Shown: in pieces, positions 10,585 to 19,980 of the stretch
Numbering within the stretch: the first letter of the stretch is position 1
Layout of the letters: each line of letters starts with the position of its first letter
Assembly: GCA_943788915.1 (NCBI GenBank)
Contig: CALSSD010000006.1
Location: forward strand, 310,001 to 374,000
From: an uncultured Acidimicrobiales bacterium
GTDB taxonomy: Bacteria > Actinomycetota > Acidimicrobiia > Acidimicrobiales > UBA10347
Length of the DNA: 64,000 bases
Direction: 5' to 3'
Notes under the pieces: generated by a model
Databases searched by the model: none
Seen by the model: the letters and a program-made list of their open reading frames with translations, nothing else
What the model was told of the DNA's origin: nothing
Translations under genes and position numbers: made by a program

Positions 10585-11145
10585 GAGTTGTTAGGTGCTG
10601 AGGTGTTCGAAGTATGGGCGTCTACCCGCGCCAGTAACGCCTTACTTGCAGGTGGCCAGGTGATCGCTTCGGGCAACACGAAGATTGCTGAAGCAACTGC
10701 GCAGCCCACTGCAAGGATTGCGACCCGCTCGCCGAGGGTTGTGGCGTCGAGTCGGTCGGGGCCCGCAACGAGGGCAAATACGCCAACCAGCCCGACACAC
10801 ACGGAACGGGCGAAGCGACCATATCGACGTGGGTCCTTCGCTGAACGAACAGGCACACGGAAGGTCTGACTTGGTGAGGAGCAACCGTGCGATCCATGCC
10901 ATGAAACCAACTGCAAGAACCATGGCCGAGAGCGCAAACCATCGAAGCAAACCATGTTGTGTGAGATAGGTCGTGGCGACGCCGACGGCCAAAACGGTTT
11001 CGACAGAGGTGAGAATGGCAGCAGGAATACGTTCGTGGTCAAAGTGCATGGCGAGTAATCGCCGAAGCTGGGCATGGTGCCACACATGGGTGATGGTTCC
11101 ACACGCCAACAGACCCCAGCCAATCGAACCAATGAGTTCGATCAT
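10581..11145 (-). CDS. MauE/DoxX-family membrane protein; apparent frameshift near 10812-10818
   Basis: MIELIGSIGWGLL, ILTSVETVLAV, DLPCACSFS (MauE CxC motif); hydrophobic C-terminus continues in the 10581 frame; ATGA overlaps at both ends. Confidence 0.7.
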
Positions 11146-11807
11146 GTTTGCCAGTCGACCTCGAGGCTTGCCATCATCTCGGCCAGCAGGTCCTCGTCGA
11201 CGCCGGCGCCAGGAAGTGCAAGGGCTCGACATGTTTTCGTGACCAACGTGAGATACGGGGCGTCGTCGGTGAAGCGGCCGCCATAGAGCTGACCGCCGGC
11301 AACCTGGGTCCCTTGCCAGCCGGGTAGCTGGTCAATCACTTCGGCAGTGAGCGGTGTGAGTTCCAGAACACCGAAACCCGTAATATCGAGAGCTACCCGA
11401 GGCGCACTGGTGTACTCAGATTCGTCGTCGGGGTCGAGCACAACACCAAGCCTGCTCGCAACCGGGCGGAGCGATCCAACCAGCGCCAACAAGCCAGGGA
11501 CACTGTCGTAGGAGTGTGTTGACAACACGCCATGGGGCGTGTCGACAACGGCCTGATAACGATGCGACACCTGGGTTTCGACCGAATCGAGCATCTCCAG
11601 AATATGGCCGGCAAAGTCACCGACCGTGAACTGGCCAGTTGCGTTCGCGAAGTTGAATGCGCTGCGATCTCGAGCTACGAAGGCCTGATGGGTCGTACCA
11701 CGGAATGCAACATCGATGAAGCTGGTGAAGGGTGCGTCGAGATCAAGCAACGGGTGCCGCATCGTGAAGAGATCACCGTTGATCGCATTGCCTCGTTTGG
11801 TAGCCAC
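11142..11807 (-). CDS. Hypothetical soluble protein, first gene of the Mau-like operon
   Basis: Coding-like ORF; GTG 11807 preceded by TATCCT-N7; stop overlaps the MauE-like start (ATGA). Confidence 0.7.
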   Translation of the reverse strand: MATKRGNAINGDLFTMRHPLLDLDAPFTSFIDVAFRGTTHQAFVARDRSAFNFANATGQFTVGDFAGHILEMLDSVETQVSHRYQAVVDTPHGVLSTHSYDSVPGLLALVGSLRPVASRLGVVLDPDDESEYTSAPRVALDITGFGVLELTPLTAEVIDQLPGWQGTQVAGGQLYGGRFTDDAPYLTLVTKTCRALALPGAGVDEDLLAEMMASLEVDWQT

Positions 11808-11836
11808 TGACGACAGGATAGAGGCGGAGCTGTTGT

Positions 11837-12535
11837 TCAGAACGGAGTTGCGTCGACGAATGCCAGTGCCTCGTCGAGGCATTGCATTGACCGAGGCGTG
11901 GCGAAATGATCGCAGCGCTTCAGTTCAGAAAACGTGGCGTTGGGCAACGCATCGACGAGCGGGTCGGCGGGCCCAGCGAAGTCGTTGTCGCCGAGCAGAA
12001 CTAACACCGGCATGGTGACGACGCTCAACCGTTCCGGGGTGAGTTTGCTCATCGGAGATTTCAGCATGGCTTTCAGGGCTTCACCATCGCCGTTCGGGTC
12101 GTTGGCGAGGTCGGTGAAGTAACGACTGAACGGATCGGAGGGGTCACCTTCACCGGCAATTGCGGCGGCAATCTTGCCATGATGGTCACTTCGCACTTCG
12201 AATAGATTTGTGCCTACGCCGGTCAGGACCAGCCGCGAAAACCGTTCGGGTGCTTCGATGGCACACTCGAGGAGAATGCGAGAACCAAGTGAGAAGCCAA
12301 TGGCGTCTACGGGTTCATCGCCGAGTTGGTCGAGAACAAGCCGGTGCATGTCTACATAGGCCTCTGGATCATGTGGCTTGTCGGCCAGGCCATGACCGAG
12401 GAGATCGATACCAACCGGCGGACGCCCCGCGTCGGCGATGAGATCCATCCAGCCATTGCTCTGCCATGTCGTGGCCGCAGAACCGCCAAGGCCATGGACC
12501 AGCACAACAGGTCGGGTTAGTGGTGTTTCGCTCAT
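11837..12535 (-). CDS. Alpha/beta hydrolase
   Basis: LVHGLGG, DLLGHG, GFSLG nucleophile elbow, C-terminal DH. Confidence 0.9.
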   Translation of the reverse strand: MSETPLTRPVVLVHGLGGSAATTWQSNGWMDLIADAGRPPVGIDLLGHGLADKPHDPEAYVDMHRLVLDQLGDEPVDAIGFSLGSRILLECAIEAPERFSRLVLTGVGTNLFEVRSDHHGKIAAAIAGEGDPSDPFSRYFTDLANDPNGDGEALKAMLKSPMSKLTPERLSVVTMPVLVLLGDNDFAGPADPLVDALPNATFSELKRCDHFATPRSMQCLDEALAFVDATPF

Positions 12536-13308
12536 CGGCGCACTCCTTCAGGGGCCCACAGCCCTCGGTTGATCAAGACATCTCGAAGAATACGTGGTTG
12601 GTCGGTCATGATCCCATCTACGCCATGGTCGAGTAACGCTCGCATTTCGTCGGGTTCGTCGATCGTCCACACATGGACCTGGATGTCGAGGTCGTGTGCC
12701 AACTCGACCAGTGCCGGTGTTGTGATGTCAAACACTCTGCGAACCGGGATCTGCGCGCATGCAGCGACGAGCAACTCAGGGTCGGCCAAGCCGCGTGTAG
12801 CAAGCACCAACCGGGCTGCTTCGCGCTGGCCCATGGACGTGCAGAGTGCCGGACCGAGCTCGGACCGGCACTTCGTAATCCGACGGTCGACGAAGGAACC
12901 CACACACACCCGGTCAATAACCCGGTGCCGACGTATTGCATCGATCAACGGCAGGACGGTGGCATCAGACTTGGTGTCGATGTTGAGCCTGGCATGGGGC
13001 CAGGTAATGAAGAGATCATCGAGGCGGGGGATAGGCGCACGGCCGTCGACGAGCAAGGCGTCGATTTCGCTCGCTTCGAGGTCCGCAATGTTGGCAGCGA
13101 CGCCCGTGCGCTGCCAGAGGTTGTGGTCATGAAATGCGTAGAGGATCCCGTCGGCGCTGAGATGTACATCGGTCTCGAGATAGCGATACCCAAGGTCGAC
13201 CGAATCTTGAAACGACGGCATGGTGTTCTCGGGCCAACGGCTGTTCCCGCCGCGGTGAGCGAACGCGAGTACACCACCATGGTCGAGGTAAGGAAACCGA
13301 GTGGACAC
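12532..13308 (-). CDS. Glycerophosphodiester phosphodiesterase
   Basis: FAHRGG, PENT, LETDV, NIDTK, HVWTID, GVDGIMTD. Confidence 0.92.
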   Translation of the reverse strand: MSTRFPYLDHGGVLAFAHRGGNSRWPENTMPSFQDSVDLGYRYLETDVHLSADGILYAFHDHNLWQRTGVAANIADLEASEIDALLVDGRAPIPRLDDLFITWPHARLNIDTKSDATVLPLIDAIRRHRVIDRVCVGSFVDRRITKCRSELGPALCTSMGQREAARLVLATRGLADPELLVAACAQIPVRRVFDITTPALVELAHDLDIQVHVWTIDEPDEMRALLDHGVDGIMTDQPRILRDVLINRGLWAPEGVRR

Positions 13309-13342
13309 GGCGTTGAGGCTAGTTCTTGCATACGCTGGCCGG

Positions 13343-14149
13343 GTGGAGCAGCACACCCGCAACCGGTTCGCAGCGTTAGTAGCGCCGGGCGACGGCTCGC
13401 TCGACGGCCATATCGACGAAGGCGCATTCCTTATTGCGGCTGCTCTTGACCCCGCGGTTGATCTCGATGTCGAACTCCAGCGACTCGACGAACTGGCGGC
13501 TTCCTCCCAGGCAGAGACTGCAGCTCAGCTTGCAATCACGCTCTTTGGTGGTGCGGGTCATGATCCCACGCTCCATTTCGCCGGTAATCACGATCGATAT
13601 TACGACGCCTCGAATTCGCTTCTCAACCAGGTGCTCGATCGGCGGGTCGGCATACCGATAACGCTTTCGGTGCTACTGATCGAAACCGGGCGTCGTAGGG
13701 GGATCTCGCTACACGGCGTCGGTATGCCTGGACACTTTCTGGTCGGCTCGGCAGAAGGATATATCGATGCGTTTCATGGTGGCCTGCTGCTAGATGGCCG
13801 TGGGTGTCAGCAGCTATTCGAGCGCCTCGCAGGACCGGGTGCCCGGTTACCAGCAGGTGCACTTCAGCGCACACCACCGGCGCTGATCCTGAAACGTATG
13901 TTGTTCAATCTGTCTGCCATCGGAGCGAATCAGCAGCAGAGGCGAACGTTGCGCGCTGTTCGTTCGTTGCTGGCTGCATATCCCGACGCAGACCACCGTG
14001 ATCATGTCCAACATGCGTATGCGGCTGCCGAGGTGGGCCAGTTCGGCGAGGCCGCCGATGCCGGGGAACGAGCACTTGTGTCGATTCCCGAGCAGGTTCG
14101 GGACAAGCTGCAGGCACAGATTGATGGATGGCGGGCTCGGCTGAACTGA
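13343..14149 (+). CDS. SirB1/transglutaminase-like (Transglut_core2) protein with TPR-like tail
   Basis: YYDASNSLLNQVLDRRVGIPITLS, GVGMPGHFLV, ILKRMLFNL. Confidence 0.85.
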   Translation: MEQHTRNRFAALVAPGDGSLDGHIDEGAFLIAAALDPAVDLDVELQRLDELAASSQAETAAQLAITLFGGAGHDPTLHFAGNHDRYYDASNSLLNQVLDRRVGIPITLSVLLIETGRRRGISLHGVGMPGHFLVGSAEGYIDAFHGGLLLDGRGCQQLFERLAGPGARLPAGALQRTPPALILKRMLFNLSAIGANQQQRRTLRAVRSLLAAYPDADHRDHVQHAYAAAEVGQFGEAADAGERALVSIPEQVRDKLQAQIDGWRARLN

Positions 14150-14166
14150 CGCCTAGGCTGACGGTT

Positions 14167-14592
14167 ATGTCTGACATCCATCTCACCCGTAGCGGACCGC
14201 CAGAGACGGTGCTGAACGCCGAACCAGCCGAAGCTCTTACCGCACTCGAGGCAGCATTGTCGTCTGATAATCCGCGAGATGGCGTGAGTGCTGTTGTAGC
14301 GCAATGGCCTACCTTCCTGGCCGCATGGGCGGAACTCGGCAATCATGCTCGTGATGTCGTCGAGGCGTATGCCGCCTATCGCGTTGGTTATCACCGAGGG
14401 CTCGATCGGCTCCGAGCAAATGGCTGGAGAGGCAGCGGTTATGTCCGGTGGGAACATCCTACGAACAAGGGTTTCCTGACAGCGCTCCATGGCCTCGCAA
14501 CCAGCGCTCGGGCGATCAATGAAACCGACGAGGCAGATCGTTGCGACATCTTTCTCAAGCAACTCGATCCCGCGTGGCCACCAACCGATTGA
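14167..14592 (+). CDS. DUF3151 family protein
   Basis: GPPETVL, YRVGYHRGLDRLRANGWRGSGYVRWEHPTNKGFL. Confidence 0.88.
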   Translation: MSDIHLTRSGPPETVLNAEPAEALTALEAALSSDNPRDGVSAVVAQWPTFLAAWAELGNHARDVVEAYAAYRVGYHRGLDRLRANGWRGSGYVRWEHPTNKGFLTALHGLATSARAINETDEADRCDIFLKQLDPAWPPTD

Positions 14593-15203
14593 GCACGTCA
14601 GGACTGAGCGGACCTGCAACGAACACCCGGGCCGCTGCCATCGTGCTGGTGGGGGGCCTGAGCACTCGCATGGGAGCGGACAAAGCGTCGCTGGTGGTCG
14701 ACGGGGTCTCTATGAGCGACCGGGTGTTACACGCGGTGGCGCAAGCGGGGATTACCACCAGTGTGATCGCTGGGACCGCCGATGTGCCGGACGCTCAGCA
14801 CGTGTTGTCGGACGCCTCAGCACAGGGCCCGCTGGCGGGTGTGGTCGGAGCGTGGGAGTCTCTACAGGCCGCATCCGATCTCGACCCGTATGATCCCATC
14901 GTGGTGCTCTCGTGTGATCTGCCGTGGCTGGTCGCCGAGGTCATCGAGCAACTTGTTACGGCCAGTCTTTCGCACGCGTACGGCGCTGTCGCACACGATG
15001 GTGCACGTCCGCAACCCTTGGTTGCTGCCTATCGGCCGCTGGCACTGGCCGAGATGACGCGCTGTTTCTACGATGGTGAACGAAGCCTGCGTCGGTGTTC
15101 GGTCGACTGGGATCTGGGTCACGTGTCGGTGCAGGCGCAGCTTGTCGCCGACGCCGACACGCCCGAAGATCTCCGAGGTTTCACCGTCGAGTGGCCACTG
15201 TGA
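14589..15203 (+). CDS. mobA: Molybdenum cofactor guanylyltransferase-like NTP transferase
   Basis: LVGGLSTRMGADKA, GPLAGV, SCDLP, QPLVAAY, DADTPEDL. Confidence 0.8.
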   Translation: MSTSGLSGPATNTRAAAIVLVGGLSTRMGADKASLVVDGVSMSDRVLHAVAQAGITTSVIAGTADVPDAQHVLSDASAQGPLAGVVGAWESLQAASDLDPYDPIVVLSCDLPWLVAEVIEQLVTASLSHAYGAVAHDGARPQPLVAAYRPLALAEMTRCFYDGERSLRRCSVDWDLGHVSVQAQLVADADTPEDLRGFTVEWPL

Positions 15204-15229
15204 CGACCGCGGGCCACTAGTCTCGGATA

Positions 15230-16417
15230 GTGCCTGAAGACCCCGGTTACCGGATCGTCGACACGGACGAGCAACTCGACGAAGTCGTTGATCAACTGCT
15301 CGATACCGATCGTTATGCCATCGACACCGAGTTCCATCGCGAGCGCACCTATTACCCGCAGCTTGCGCTGATTCAAATCGCATGGCCTGGGGACTTGGTG
15401 CTGATTGACCCGATCGCTGTGGATCCTGAACCGCTGGCGGAGGTGTTTCGAAGCACCGATGTCGAAGCCGTGCTCCACGCATGCTCGCAGGACCTTGAAG
15501 TTCTCGAGTTGGTAGCCGGAGCCGCTCCAAGTCGGATCTTCGACACGCAGATCGCGGCTGCCTTCGTGGGTATGCGGACACCGTCACTTGCATCGCTTCA
15601 TGATCAGCTACTGGGTCTCAAGCTGCCGAAGGCGAACCGGCTGACCGATTGGCTCCGACGGCCGCTTGAACCAGAGCAGCAGGCTTATGCAGCCAGCGAC
15701 GTCGCTCATCTGCTGGAGATACAGGATCTGTTGATCGATCAGCTCGAAGACAATGGACGTTTGGCGTGGGCCGACGACGAGTGCGAACTGGCACGCACCA
15801 AGGGCTTATCGGTGCGTAAACCTGAAGAAGCCTGGCTCCGCATCAAGGAGGCCCGGTCATTGGGCGCACGGGCTCGCACGGCAGCGCAACAGCTCGCAGC
15901 GTGGCGCGAACGAAGCGCGCAGGACCGCAATATTCCTGTCCGTCACGTGTTGCCTGACCTCGCAATTGTGGCACTGGCCCAGAAAGCGCCGTCTGACCCT
16001 GCCGATGTGGGACGGACCCGCGGTCTCGAGCGCCGCGGCGTGAGTAAGCGCGACGCGGCCGAGATCGTCGAAGTCATCGCCGAGGCCAAGGACATGCCAC
16101 CGCCTCCGACTCAACCGCGTAAGGCCAACGGTGGCCCTGACCTACGTCCTGCAGTCACGCTGATTGCGGCCTGGATGTCCCAATACGCTGACGATATGAA
16201 TCTCGATCCGGCAATGTTGGGTTCTCGCAGCGATATTGAAGAGTTCGTGCGTTCGGGTGAGTCACGGTTGGCACATGGCTGGCGCCACGATCTGGCTGGT
16301 TCGGCCATTCGCAGCTTGCTCGCCGGTGATGCTGCCGTGGCCTTTGACGGCGACGGTCGTGTGATTGTCGAAAAACGTTCACATGTTCCGATCGACGGAG
16401 ATAATTTCGCCGGCTAG
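15230..16417 (+). CDS. rnd: Ribonuclease D with HRDC domain
   Basis: AIDTEFHRERTYYPQLALIQI, IFDTQIAA, TDWLRRPL, YAASDV, LAAWRE. Confidence 0.95.
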   Translation: MPEDPGYRIVDTDEQLDEVVDQLLDTDRYAIDTEFHRERTYYPQLALIQIAWPGDLVLIDPIAVDPEPLAEVFRSTDVEAVLHACSQDLEVLELVAGAAPSRIFDTQIAAAFVGMRTPSLASLHDQLLGLKLPKANRLTDWLRRPLEPEQQAYAASDVAHLLEIQDLLIDQLEDNGRLAWADDECELARTKGLSVRKPEEAWLRIKEARSLGARARTAAQQLAAWRERSAQDRNIPVRHVLPDLAIVALAQKAPSDPADVGRTRGLERRGVSKRDAAEIVEVIAEAKDMPPPPTQPRKANGGPDLRPAVTLIAAWMSQYADDMNLDPAMLGSRSDIEEFVRSGESRLAHGWRHDLAGSAIRSLLAGDAAVAFDGDGRVIVEKRSHVPIDGDNFAG

Positions 16418-16576
16418 ATCGCCGGTGAGAGCGGCGAATGTCACACTTGCCTAGGCTGAGGGAACAAATTTCTACTAAGAATGGTTCCAGACCGGTGTAA
16501 TTAGCCCGGATGCAGTGGTGGCCCGGGCCAGCACTGTTAGAGTCGGGAATCTGTAGAAACATCAAGGAGTCGCCCC

Positions 16577-16780
16577 GTGAAAAAGGGACGCCATCGCCGC
16601 TATGAAGAGGCTCGAGCACTCAAGCGAACGGACGACGGGTTCGACGACTTACTCAGTCCTCGAGATGCACCATGTGTCGAATGTGACGGACTTCCAGGTG
16701 AGCACAAGTCGTGGTGCCAGTTAGCCGATAAGGCCGAAGTTTTCGACGACAGCGATCCTGCGTCGCTCTTCCCGAGTTAG
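16577..16780 (+). CDS. Small hypothetical protein with CxxC...H..WC motif
   Basis: AAGGAG SD at 16564-16569; CVECDGLPGEHKSWC. Confidence 0.6.
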   Translation: MKKGRHRRYEEARALKRTDDGFDDLLSPRDAPCVECDGLPGEHKSWCQLADKAEVFDDSDPASLFPS

Positions 16781-17526
16781 TGCTTTCTGGTTAGTTCAAC
16801 TGCGGTTACTGCTTGAGAGGTGTCGAGTTGAGAGGATCCGAGTTGAGAGGTCTCCTGCTCAGCAAGATAGGCAGTTAACAGGTCCACGGGGCCTTGGCCT
16901 ACGAGTTCGATTAGTTCGTCTTGATGGTGTATCCATGTAGCGGTTTCGGGTGTTCCCGGTGCCAACTCGTCGGTGCACCACCAGCCAAAATCGTCTCCTC
17001 CTTCGCCCCAGTCACTTCGTCGCCAGGCCCGCACGACGACCGTGCGGGTGCCAGCACCGTCCTCGTATTCTTCGAGGCGGAAGGGAACCTGCCAACACAC
17101 GGCTGGTTTCCAGTCGAGTGGTCGTTCGCCCGCGGTAAGAGCACCAATGTGCAGCGCACATCCGTGCCCACCATCGAAACCGGGCGCGTTCAGGAAGATG
17201 CATGCATCGTTGAACCGCGTGGTGCTAACTTCGCCGTCGACTCGATGAAACAGATCTTCGGGTTCTTCCACGAGACCATGGTTTTGCCATTGATCTGGCG
17301 TTAGCCGGTTTGCGCTATCGATGACCAGGTCCTCTTCCTGACTGTCGATGAGGTACGCACCGTGGGCACAACAGCCACGAGCCCCATTGTCGTCGGGTTC
17401 GGTACCTTTGCACGTGGTGCCGAACGTACAAGACCAGCCGCTGGTGAGGAACGTAAGGTCGAACAGCCATGTGGTGTTGTCGTTGTCGCTGAATGAGATC
17501 CAGCGGGTCGACTGCTGTGTAGTCAC
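16777..17526 (-). CDS. Conserved Cys-rich actinobacterial protein (DUF3109/YkgJ-like, possible Zn or Fe-S)
   Basis: WSCTFGTTCKG, GCCAHGA, ACIFLN, GCALH, KPAVCWQVP, WWCT. Confidence 0.75.
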   Translation of the reverse strand: MTTQQSTRWISFSDNDNTTWLFDLTFLTSGWSCTFGTTCKGTEPDDNGARGCCAHGAYLIDSQEEDLVIDSANRLTPDQWQNHGLVEEPEDLFHRVDGEVSTTRFNDACIFLNAPGFDGGHGCALHIGALTAGERPLDWKPAVCWQVPFRLEEYEDGAGTRTVVVRAWRRSDWGEGGDDFGWWCTDELAPGTPETATWIHHQDELIELVGQGPVDLLTAYLAEQETSQLGSSQLDTSQAVTAVELTRKH

Positions 17527-17599
17527 GGTCGTCTCACGGTCTCAGAATCGGTGGAGCACTGCTGGCCACAGCGCGAGCGTAGTGTGCAACACTTGATCC

Positions 17600-17812
17600 G
17601 TGTCACCCGATGTAGAACAGCTCGTACAGCGCCTTGAGCAACTTAACGAAGATCTGGCTGATCTTGCTATTAGCCGGTTGCGCGACAGCATCGATGCGGG
17701 TGGTGACAAACTGCCGGTGGACGAGAAGCTGATTACCCGAGCCCGACGATCGGTGGAAAAGGCGGCAACGCTGCTGCGGTCAACCGGCGGTGGTGAGCCC
17801 GAGTATTTCTAG
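17600..17812 (+). CDS. Small helical hypothetical protein
   Basis: Coding-like; EDLADLAISRLR...EKLITRARRSVEKA. Confidence 0.7.
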   Translation: MSPDVEQLVQRLEQLNEDLADLAISRLRDSIDAGGDKLPVDEKLITRARRSVEKAATLLRSTGGGEPEYF

Positions 17813-17820
17813 GCGGGTGG

Positions 17821-18867
17821 CTACTCGAGAGTTGCCGCGTTCAGCGCGTCGATCAGTTGTCGTAGCCGGGCGAAGTGGCGGCGGTTGAACTCAAACGCGA
17901 TGCGATGCAGGTGAACGAAGTCGTCATCGTTTTGCTCTGAGGATGTTGCGTCGATTGCTTCGAACGCTCCAGCCACAACAATGTCTGCAAAGTTGGTGTT
18001 CAGCGACTCGATGAGTTCTGGTGTTGGCGCATGAGTCAGCCGGATGACGAGTCGTCGACCCACGAACCGGATGCTGTGGTAGTTCCGGAAGAACGTGCAC
18101 ATCTCGTCGACGGCCTCGTCGACCGAGTCGGTGAGCTTTACGAGAGTTAGATCTTCGGCCGAGATAAGACCATCGGTGAGCAGTTGTTTGGTGACGAACT
18201 CATACCAGCTATGCCAATAATCTCCACCGGGTGCGTCGAGTAACACAACAGGTGCAGGCACCGTCTTGCCGGTTTGTAGCAGGGTAAGCAGTTCGAAGCT
18301 TTCGTCCATGGTGCCGAAACCCCCCGGCAACAGCGCGTAACCGTGAGACTCCTTCATGAACGTGAGCTTGCGGGTGAAGAAGTATTTGAAGTTCATCAAC
18401 TTCGGGTCTTCGGCAATCGTTGCTGCTGCTTTTTCTTCAAAGGGCAGCGAGATACCTACGCCGAAGCTGTCTTCACTGCCAGCTCCCTCGACGCCCGCAG
18501 CCATGATTCCGGGGCCAGCGCCAGTAATGACCATCCAACCTCGTTCAGCAATGGCTGATCCGAGCTGGACGGCGGCCTGATAGTTCGGGTGGTCGGTCGG
18601 TGTGCGAGCAGACCCAAAGATCGACAGCTTTCGAGTGTCTTTGTACGGAGCGAACACACCCATCGAGTACCGAAGTTCTTTGAGCGCGGCATTGATGAGT
18701 TTGATGTCGCCCCGGTCATCGTTCTCACGCGTGAGCCGCAGAGCGGACACGATCATCTCAAAGAGTATGTCCCGGTGAACACCCACGTCGGCGGCATCGG
18801 CCAACTCTGCGATTGCTGTGTCGAGTTTGCGATCACCCGAGCGATACCGGGGGAGACCAGCGGTCAC
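17821..18867 (-). CDS. LOG family (TIGR00730-type) nucleotide phosphoribohydrolase, long form
   Basis: IFGSART, ITGAGPGIM, FKYFFTRK, PGGFGTMDE. Confidence 0.92.
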   Translation of the reverse strand: MTAGLPRYRSGDRKLDTAIAELADAADVGVHRDILFEMIVSALRLTRENDDRGDIKLINAALKELRYSMGVFAPYKDTRKLSIFGSARTPTDHPNYQAAVQLGSAIAERGWMVITGAGPGIMAAGVEGAGSEDSFGVGISLPFEEKAAATIAEDPKLMNFKYFFTRKLTFMKESHGYALLPGGFGTMDESFELLTLLQTGKTVPAPVVLLDAPGGDYWHSWYEFVTKQLLTDGLISAEDLTLVKLTDSVDEAVDEMCTFFRNYHSIRFVGRRLVIRLTHAPTPELIESLNTNFADIVVAGAFEAIDATSSEQNDDDFVHLHRIAFEFNRRHFARLRQLIDALNAATLE

Positions 18868-18888
18868 ACAATCACCGTGTCGCTCGCA

Positions 18889-19980
18889 TTACTGCATGCC
18901 CTGCATGCGGCCATCGAGTGTTAGCAGTAAGTCATCAAATGATGCGGCAAACGATGCAACACCGTCGGCCTCGAGTGTGGCCGCGATCGCTGCCAGGTCA
19001 ACGCCGACCTGGGCGAGGCCGTCGAGTACTGCTTGTGCGGCTGCAACATCGGTATCGATGGTGCGGGCCACGGTGCCTCGTTCGAGGAAGGCCGCCAGCG
19101 TGGCATCAGGCAAGGTGTTGACCGAATCCGGGCCGATCAATTCATCGACATACTTCGTGTCGGGAAAGCTGGGGTCCTTGGTTGATGTTGATGCCCATAG
19201 CGGACGTTGGACACGGGCGCCACGAGCAGCGAGTGCGTCCCAGCGGGGCCCCGAGAACTGCTTCATGGCCATGTCGTAGGCAAGTACACCGTTGGCAACG
19301 GCGACTTTGCCTCGGAGGGCAGCTGCTTCAGGAGTACCGACTTCGTCGAGTTGCTTGTCGACGGCTGCATCGACTCGGCTGATGAAGAAGGAAGCGACGC
19401 TTGAGATGTTCGACAGGTCGCCTTCGATTGCTTCGAGACCGCTCAGGTATGCCTCGATCACTGCGGCATAACGCTCGAGCGAGAACAACAACGTGACGTT
19501 AACCGAGATGCCCTCGCTCGTGACCTGTTGGATCGCTCCCAGGCCAGCTTCGGTGCCGGGGATCTTGATGTACAGGTTCGGTGCAGCAATGTCACCGTCG
19601 AGCTCACGGGCGGCGGCAATGGTGCCTTCGGCGTCGTGGGCCAGAGCCGGTGCAACCTCGACAGAGACGTAGCCATCTTCGCCGTTGCTCTCGGCGTGTA
19701 CACCGGCGAGCACACCAAGTGCGCCTCGGATGTCGGTCTTTACCAGACCCCAGTAGGCATCTTCGACCGAGTCGCCGGCTTGGACAAAGGTGGCCAGTTC
19801 CTCGTCGTAGGCATCGCTCGTGCCGATGGCATTCTGGAAGATGGTCGGGTTCGAGGTGAGGCCGCGCACACCTTGTCCGACCCAGTTGGCCAATTCCCCC
19901 GAGGTGATCCAGTCGCGTCGCAGGTTGTCGAGCCACGGGCTCTGCTGTTGCTGATCAAACAGATCATGAAGGCGGGTCAC
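18889..19980 (-). CDS. tal: Transaldolase
   Basis: SPWLDNL, GLTSNPTIF, YIKIPGT, NVTLLFS, SFFISRVD, RPLWAST. Confidence 0.96.
   Translation of the reverse strand: MTRLHDLFDQQQQSPWLDNLRRDWITSGELANWVGQGVRGLTSNPTIFQNAIGTSDAYDEELATFVQAGDSVEDAYWGLVKTDIRGALGVLAGVHAESNGEDGYVSVEVAPALAHDAEGTIAAARELDGDIAAPNLYIKIPGTEAGLGAIQQVTSEGISVNVTLLFSLERYAAVIEAYLSGLEAIEGDLSNISSVASFFISRVDAAVDKQLDEVGTPEAAALRGKVAVANGVLAYDMAMKQFSGPRWDALAARGARVQRPLWASTSTKDPSFPDTKYVDELIGPDSVNTLPDATLAAFLERGTVARTIDTDVAAAQAVLDGLAQVGVDLAAIAATLEADGVASFAASFDDLLLTLDGRMQGMQ

Noticed and set aside
16440..16457. TGTCAC..TAGGCT as a PafBC (RecA-NDp) promoter
   Set aside because: Spacing is 6 nt rather than the ~10 nt of the known motif
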